This document shows positions 52,511-60,000 of a stretch of DNA of 60,000 nucleotides, piece after piece. Position 1 is the first letter of the stretch. Each line of letters starts with the position of its first letter. The position numbers were made by a program, and so were the translations under genes. Where the stretch lies: NCBI GenBank assembly GCA_028534125.1, contig CM052817.1:37946001-38006000 (forward strand). Direction: 5' to 3'. Below the pieces are notes generated by a model. It saw nothing but the letters and a program-made list of their open reading frames with translations, was not told the DNA's origin and did not search any database. Source of the stretch: Lama glama (taxonomy: Eukaryota).

Positions 52511-53224
52511 TGGATCTTGGGGACCATTAGTCTCTGAAACAGTTCCTGGATCTGATAACTGATATTCAGATCCTCTTCTTGTTCCTCTGTCTTTGACTTG
52601 TGGGCCCTGCTTCAAATCGGTGTGGGTTTTAGTTCTTGATCTCTCTAAATTGTGTCCCAGCCAGCTGTATTATGTGGATTAGGGCCAAACAAGAAATGCC
52701 ACGATATAACAAATTATGTGATAAATAAATGGACTAGTGTCCTGCTAATCTGATGCAATCACTCTGTCTCCTTCACCCTGTTTCCTCAAAATATTCCTCA
52801 CTGTCTGGAACACAAGAGGCACTGGAAAAAACTTCACTGAATCAATAATGAATGAATAAATGGCATGTGTTGTAGTAATGGCTCTGACTAATATTCCTTT
52901 TTTTCCTTATTTTATTTTTGTTCAACTCTGAATCACATTTTTTGGGACAGGAAGAGAACCAGGCATAGGGCTTTTAACTTGGATCTGAAAGTTTAGGATA
53001 AAAGTTATTGTTTTCATTTCTTTTGTCTTCTGTTCTATAATAACTATCCATGATATTTGAGGACAATCATCTAGTTAAAATATGTGAAATTATAGGAAAA
53101 AACACATATCATCTAACTGCCTATTTTGCAGATAGAAAACTGGGGCCTAGATAGAGAAATGTTTGCTAGTTGTCATGTAAGTTATTTATATTAGAGCCTT
53201 TGATTTTTAATTCCTTATTATTAT

Positions 53225-53330
53225 TTTTTTTTAATTTCTATATTTTATTGAAGTATAGTCAGTTTACAATGTTGTGTTAATTTCTGGGGTACAGCATAAT
53301 GTTTCAGTCATACATACACGTATGTACATT
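53225..53330 (-). mobile_element. Short L1 3' end
   Basis: ttttattgaagtatagtcagtttacaatgttgtgttaatttctggggtacagcataatg. Confidence 0.8.
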
Positions 53331-53447
53331 CACCTTGTTCTTTTTAATGTTGATCCATTGATTCTGAACTTTTAAGTGCCTGATGTCTGTTAGATGAGGC
53401 TCACACTCAAATCAGGTGCCTCTAAATCAAGTGCACACTCTTCCTGG

Positions 53448-53638
53448 GTCGTTCTCAAAGTATGGTTCCTTGGCCTGCAACATCAGCGTCCGACTCTTCT
53501 GGGAACTTGTTTGAAATGCAGGTTCTTGTGTTCCACCCCAGACTCAGGAACTCAGAAACTCTGAGGTCCCAGCCCAGCAGTGGGTTTTAACAAGACCTCC
53601 AGGTGATTCTGATGCTCACTCCAGTTTCAGAGTCACTG
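53448..53638 (+). mobile_element. MER5A
   Basis: gttctcaaagtatggttcc...gggaacttgtttgaaatgcagg...ttttaacaagacctccaggtgattctgatgc. Confidence 0.85.
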
Positions 53639-53709
53639 TCGTGCCTTCACAGGACAGTACACAGCGTGTATGAAGACATTATGTGATATATACACCCAAT
53701 CCCAAAGCT

Positions 53710-53930
53710 ACCAATTACTGGGAGCCTACGATGTGCCGTTCTCTGTGCTAGGTACTGTGTGCATCTCGTCTCATTTGGTCATCACGGTAGTCTAGCAAAA
53801 CTGTTATTGCTGTCTGTATTTGATGAATGGACTGCTCAGGCTTAGTGAGGTTAGGTTGGCACCCCCCACACCCATAATCAGACATCGGCAGGGATGAGAT
53901 CTTTAACTCATATTGTCTAACTCCAATGAC
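53710..53930 (-). mobile_element. MIR
   Basis: ttactgggagcctacgatgtgcc...tgtgctagg...aggcttagtgaggttagg. Confidence 0.65.
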
Positions 53931-55847
53931 GATGTGTTTTCTAGAGCACAGTTTTTAAAAGTGCACTTGTATTAGAATTTGCTCATTGAGAGGTATGGAA
54001 AAATAAGAGTATTTGATATTTGAAACACAGTGTTTTCAGGACCATGAACTGCTTTCAAACCTCCTCTAGTTATCATGTGTTCCTTAAGATGCTGCTTTGA
54101 ATTTTAACAGTTTCTTTTTTTTGATATTGCTGTTAGGTGCAAAAAAAATATTTTGCCACGAAAGAATTGTCAGTTTTCTCTAAGTAATTTGTCTCCTCTG
54201 TTTTTGCTGTTTGTAGAACTTGGTGAGCCGTCTGGTAGACAGGTGTGTAACCTTTGCAGTTGATGTTTCTTCCAGAAGGCACTGCTTGAGAATTGCCTCA
54301 TGACCCTTAAGGAATGGGCTTCATCCTGAGTATGTCTGAGAGTCTAGGTGGCCAGAAATATCCTTGTCTCTCCAAATGAGGGGAGACTTGACTCTGAAAT
54401 AAATTAAATACTCTGTATCCGCCTCATTCCCAAGTGACTGGGGGGCCAGTTGATCTGTCTCTTCTCAGTTACTGATACATAAAGACACCCTAGTATGGAA
54501 AGTGTAGACGGCAAAACTTCAGTACACTTTCTTACTTGACCTGCCTAGTTTTCACTTTTAGAGAGATGAAGTCCTGAATAAACACTGCCCCTTAATAATT
54601 TGCCTAAAGTGGCTGGTTCTGGTTACTGCTGAGAGGAGTGTTTCAGATCTTCAGATTTTTCTAGAGAAGCAGGATATACATACATCTGCAATACATGTGT
54701 GTATATGTATTAGTGTGTGTCTGAAATCTAATGTTAAAATTTTGTAACTCATTCAATTATTTTAACACTGTGTAGGAAAAAATCTACATTTTGAGGCTGC
54801 TTATATTCATTACATGTTTACTTTGCATTTTCTATAAACTTTTGGTGATGAACATTTTAAAAAATGATTCAAGTTCACATGTTTCTTTAGCATTGTAATT
54901 AGAGTTAATTTTATCACCCTTCTAAAGTTCCTTTCTTTTTGAATGACAGTTCATAGATTAAAAAGCAAACACCAAAGGAATCTGGATTTAAAAAATCTGC
55001 CGGGGTTGGCACAATGCCATCTCCATATATATTAGCTGAGTGGCTGTAAGTAGCTGACGTACAATCTCTGATCCTTGTTTTCAATTCCAGTAAAAAAGCA
55101 TAAAAAATGCCCAGCACAATCTTTGGGTGTTTGGTAGATGGTTATTTCTATAATTCCCTCCTTAACTATGGCAAAAAAGTAAGAAACAAAATGGATTTCC
55201 TCTAAAAAGAACTCGAAGGGAATTAACAATATTTTTCTTTTTTTTCCTCCCAGGAAAATAAAAAAAACTTAAGATAATTTTGAGGAAACAATGCTATTCA
55301 ATGAAATAACTATAAACATAATAACAGATCTGTCATTTATCATGTTAAATGATTTTTTTTTTTTGGTTGGAATCTATAACATTTTTGTTAATTGAAATGG
55401 GAGGAGAAAAAAACTTCCCATGGTGTATTTTAGGACTGACTTATCCTTGGGCTCCAAAGGACAAGATCAGATATTGACCCTCTGGAAGCAACTGAATTGC
55501 CAAATCTGGGCACTTTGTATTGGTGCTTGGGTCCGTCCATTGATGCTTCAAAATAGTGACTTAATTGGAAGTCCTAAAACAAAGGAGCAAAGCAGGTAAT
55601 CTAGCTACATTATCTGGATCATCAAAAGGATGAAATTTGTGTTACTCACTTGGTAACTTGCTTGTAATGCCTTCATAATCCACTTTTGTTTTCTTCCCAT
55701 GGGACAATTAAAATCCAGATAGATACTTCTCGTTGTCCTTGTTCCATGTCAGAAACTGCAATTGATTTAGAATGAAGTGAAGACTTGTTGATGAGCAAGG
55801 AGACCTAGATGACTAACTTCAGTGCTAAAACTTTCTGCCTTGAAGTC

Positions 55848-56230
55848 TACCTTGATCAGCTCAAGCTGCTGTAACAAAATGCCATAACTGGGTGGCTTAT
55901 AAACAACAGAAATTTTTTTCTCACAGTTCTGGAGGCAGGAAGTCCAAGATCAGGTTGCCTGCACTGGTCAGGTTCAGTGTGTGGTGAGAGTCTGTTTCCT
56001 AGTTCGTAGACGGCTATTTCCTTACTGTGTTATCACGTGGTGAGAGAGGAAGCAAGCTCTCTCAGGGCTTTTATAAGGGCACTAATAGCACTTATGAGGG
56101 CTCCAGCCTCATGAACTCATCTATTCCTCATTATCTCCCAAAGACCCCACTTCTTAATACCATCACATTAGGGGGTAGGGTTTCAACACAGGGATTTGGG
56201 GTGGGGCACACAAACATTCAGTCCATGGCA
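55848..56230 (-). mobile_element. MaLR LTR (MLT1A-like)
   Basis: gctgctgtaacaaaatgccataactgggtggcttataaacaacagaaat..tctcacagttctggaggc...aacattcagtccatggca. Confidence 0.85.
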
Positions 56231-56234
56231 AGTG

Positions 56235-56786
56235 TGTGGTGGATGCACCCCTAGGTGAGCCCTAGTGAGTCAAATCCCTGTGTAACCCTCTCCTCTTGGG
56301 TACAGGTGGAACCTGTGTCTTCTAGTCAATAAATTATGGCAAAGCGGGTAGGATAGTCACTTTTCGATTAGGTGATAAGACTATCTTGAGATGGAGGGAG
56401 GGAATCTCCTGCTGGCTTTGAAGGAGTAGGTCACCATGTGGTAAGTGGGCCATGAGTCTATGACCCAGAGGCGGCCTCTAGAAGCTGATAGGAGTCCCTG
56501 GCTGTTGTAAGCAAGAAAATAGGGACCTCCATCCTACAAGCACAGGGACTGAATTCTTCCCACAACTGTGTGAACTCAGAAGGGAACCTTCAGCTCCAGA
56601 AAGTTCCTTCCTTGCCAATCCCTTGATTGTAGCCTTGTGAGACCTTGAGCAAAGGATCCAGCCAGATTCTGCATTCATGGCCTAACCCATGGCCCTAACC
56701 CACAAAAACTCTGAGATAATAAATGTTTGTTATTTTAAACCATTAAGTTTGGGATGATTTATTATGCAGCATGGAAAGCAAATGCA
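56235..56786 (+). mobile_element. MaLR LTR (MLT1E/F-like)
   Basis: ctcctgctggctttgaagga...gactgaattcttcccacaac...gagataataaatgtttgttattttaaaccattaagtttggg. Confidence 0.75.
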
Positions 56787-57421
56787 AGGTCATCTCATTT
56801 GCCTTCCTCAGGCTCCTTCAGCTAATCCTCATAAGTGGATGAGGTTCGTGGAAGGATGATGTCTTGGAAATGTGTCAAACATACCTACATTCCCATGTCT
56901 GGAGGATTTTAGGCAAGTTTTAGTCTAATGGCTACTGAGTCATTAACTTGTTAGAACTAGAAGTATGTATTGCTTTGTTAAACTTTGCTGCAGTCAGGGA
57001 ATTCAACACCTATTTTGCTTAAATATACACCTTACAGGTTAAGGGGAGGTCACTTCTTAACACAGGACAGACTGAAACAGTAATAAGCCTTGTCAGACAG
57101 AGTTTTCCAAAGAATACTGTGCACCTGTGTTTGTCCTTCCTCTAACTATTAAGAGGTTCTGCTCAGTGAAGATAGTTAGATGTAATTGTATCTGGACTGT
57201 TTGATGTGGGGTACTCCAATAATTGTATAATATGAAACAAGAATGACTGAATCTACACTATGAAAAAATAAAGATAAATACTATATAATGAAGTAAGGAA
57301 TCATAAAGAATAAATGACGAAGTTTTGATCAAACATCCTGTTTCAATTCATCACTTGAATGATTATAGACTTTAACATTCAACATGCATAGATTTCAGCC
57401 TAGCCTCTGCCATTTATTAGC

Positions 57422-57921
57422 NNNNNNNNNNNNNNNNNNNNNNNNNNNNNNNNNNNNNNNNNNNNNNNNNNNNNNNNNNNNNNNNNNNNNNNNNNNNNNN
57501 NNNNNNNNNNNNNNNNNNNNNNNNNNNNNNNNNNNNNNNNNNNNNNNNNNNNNNNNNNNNNNNNNNNNNNNNNNNNNNNNNNNNNNNNNNNNNNNNNNNN
57601 NNNNNNNNNNNNNNNNNNNNNNNNNNNNNNNNNNNNNNNNNNNNNNNNNNNNNNNNNNNNNNNNNNNNNNNNNNNNNNNNNNNNNNNNNNNNNNNNNNNN
57701 NNNNNNNNNNNNNNNNNNNNNNNNNNNNNNNNNNNNNNNNNNNNNNNNNNNNNNNNNNNNNNNNNNNNNNNNNNNNNNNNNNNNNNNNNNNNNNNNNNNN
57801 NNNNNNNNNNNNNNNNNNNNNNNNNNNNNNNNNNNNNNNNNNNNNNNNNNNNNNNNNNNNNNNNNNNNNNNNNNNNNNNNNNNNNNNNNNNNNNNNNNNN
57901 NNNNNNNNNNNNNNNNNNNNN
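57422..57921. other. Assembly gap (500 N)
   Basis: Run of N. Confidence 1.
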
Positions 57922-58746
57922 TAATCTTCATGTTTGTTTAAAACAAACAAAAAACAACTGACACTTGCAGAAGTTACTAGCCATTTATCTGGTTTTGTCA
58001 CGTTTCTCTAAGAATTTGATCACCTAATCAAAAACAATTTTGTAATTTGTTTATATTTTGTTATGTTCTGTAAACCCAATTTTTGTTTCTTTTGTAAGTG
58101 TGAGGAGTAAATCTTTAACAGCATTATGTCCCCAGTACTCATGCACTAATTGTTTCATGAGCAAGTTATTTAACCACTCTGTCTCAGTTTCCTTAGCTCT
58201 ACTAGTTTCCCAATTTTCTGTAAAAATACAGCAAGTTAGGTAATATCTGTTTAGACAATAAATGCAAATTTTAGTTATTACCACGAAGTGATTTTTCTAT
58301 TATCAACTCTCAGTTATCTAAATATTATTTAACTATTTGTTGACTAAATATGTAAATGAATGAAAGAATGAATTAACTGTAAAATTAGAAATCAGAAAAG
58401 CTGTTATTTTAGTGGAATGGCTTGCAAAGATTTGTCGCTTTTGATTTGGTAATAAAGATAATAAAGAAAAAGTAGAAAATCCTAATAAAGTCTAGACAAA
58501 CTGGAGAAAAATTCAAAGATGTCAATGTTGCAGTCATATATCAGTTACATTATAATTTTTCAAATATGTACTGTGATCCTATATATTTATAATAAAGATG
58601 TTCTTTTTATTTTGAAATAATTTTAAACTTGTAGAAAAGTTGCAAGAATGGTAAAAATAACTATAACAAGATCGTAGTAATTCTTATTTCGTATGATTTT
58701 AGTGAGGATCAAATGAGTTAGTATATAGAAAGTATTAAGACCTGTA

Positions 58747-58978
58747 GAGAGCTTGTTTGGAGGCTGTAGCAGGGGAGCGCAGTTACTCGTACACCCTTGA
58801 CCTTGACCTAGAAGAACGGTCCTCCTCTATCGGGGTTGGTCGTCCTCTTCAACCGAGCACGCAGCTTTGGGAGGGATGCACATGGAGCGGTGAGGGAGGA
58901 AGGAGACACTCGCCTAGCCAGCCGGATCAGCCAAATCAACCCTGGTGATCAATGGGGTGAAAGACTGCTCTCACATCT
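58747..58978 (-). pseudogene. 7SK snRNA retropseudogene (about the first 240 nt, 3'-truncated, no poly-A)
   Basis: Reverse complement reads GATGTGAG...TCACCCCATTGATCACCAGGGTTGATTTGGCTGATCCGGCTGGCTAGGCG...CCCCGATAGAGGAGGACCG...CTCCAAACAAGCTCTC, which is 7SK. TSD core gaaagtattaag at 58728 and 58979. Confidence 0.93.
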
Positions 58979-59937
58979 GAAAGTATTAAGGACTTTAGAA
59001 GTCAATGAATTGGGAGAAGAACTGCTTAGAACCAATAAATACTGGTTGTTACTGTTAAGCTTCAGTTTTGTCATCTGAACAATGGGGATACTACGAGTGC
59101 CTATCTTAGACGGTTATTGCATACATAAAACTTAGGAACCCAGGGGATTTCCTGTCTAAGTTAACAACAGCCTGTGCTATATAAATAATAAAACTCCTTA
59201 CTGGAAGAAACCCAATCCCAGTTTCCATGAATACTTGAATAACATCAAAAGAAAATCAAAATTGCCTATGTGGAGACACTTTTTTAACCTAGTGTTAACA
59301 ATTATATCAAGTCTTCACATTTTGGGTTTACCCAGGCTTCACGTCGGTAGCTATCAATGTGAGGACGAATCTAGCTGATCTTACCTAAACCAAATCTGGT
59401 AAATTATTTGATATTAGGAAAACATTTACTGCTGGAAGAAAATACAGTCACGTAATTGTTGCATAGAAATGCTAATAAAATTTGGGTAAAAAGAAAACAG
59501 CCTATTTGTTAATCTTCCATTTTTCAAACTGGATTCTATGCTTCAGGGTAAGGACTAGACCGGGGAGGGTGCTGGTACAGCACACCAAGAGCACATACAG
59601 CCCCGTGATGGATACGGCTGGTCTTCCTGGAACTCAGATTTCATGTGAAGACCGAGATTGATGGGGAAATGAAATTTTATATTAAAACAAATACAGATCT
59701 ATATGAGATCAAAATGCAAATTTTACATGAATTATAAAGCTGAAGCATATGACTTTAGAAATATTCAAAAGTGATTTGACTCATGTTTGTAGAAGTCTGA
59801 GACCTTTAATTCATTTTGCTCTACAATTAGGAGTATTTCAATCATTAATTAGCTTACTTGTTTGAAAATACTTATTTAGGGCCAACTATATGCCAGACAC
59901 TGTACTATGCTCTCAGTGCAAATAAAGGTGAGCAAGT

Positions 59938-60000
59938 CTCATTGCAGCATTATTTATAGTAGCCAAGACATGGAAGCAACCTAAGTCCACTGATGGGTGA
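59938..60000 (+). mobile_element. L1 3' region running off the window end
   Basis: cattgcagcattatttatagtagccaagacatggaagcaacctaagt. Confidence 0.75.

Noticed and set aside
57384..58001. Long ORFs of 178-194 aa
   Set aside because: Artefacts of translating through the 500-N gap
58747..58978. Functional 7SK gene
   Set aside because: 3'-truncated, carries indels and CpG-type decay, is flanked by a TSD, and has no recognisable upstream type-3 Pol III promoter

Overview
AT-rich mammalian genomic DNA, most likely camelid (alpaca/camel-type tRNA-derived SINEs and L1 3' ends). The window lies inside the + strand gene MAPK10 (JNK3). Two coding exons are recognisable: 18553-18624 (ATG at 18559, MSLHFLYYCSEPTLDVKIAFCQ) and 36008-36177 ([56 protein letters not shown]). 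They join in frame across a 17.4-kb GT-AG intron. The rest is intronic: old and young L1, L2, MIR, MaLR/ERVL LTRs, hAT MITEs, a near full-length decayed Tigger1, two camelid SINEs, a tailless 7SK retropseudogene and a 500-N assembly gap. I found no convincing new biological system. The best leads are (i) tandem alternative 5' splice sites with an in-frame stop and a YCAY cluster that could switch the JNK3 N-terminus, (ii) a CpG-rich patch inside an old L2-like element, (iii) a ~55-bp locally templated insertion in a MER5A, (iv) two L1 insertions stacked at one target site and (v) the microhomology-primed 7SK copy. Repeat subfamily names come from recalled consensus sequences, not from a database search, and repeat boundaries are approximate unless a target-site duplication (TSD) is given.
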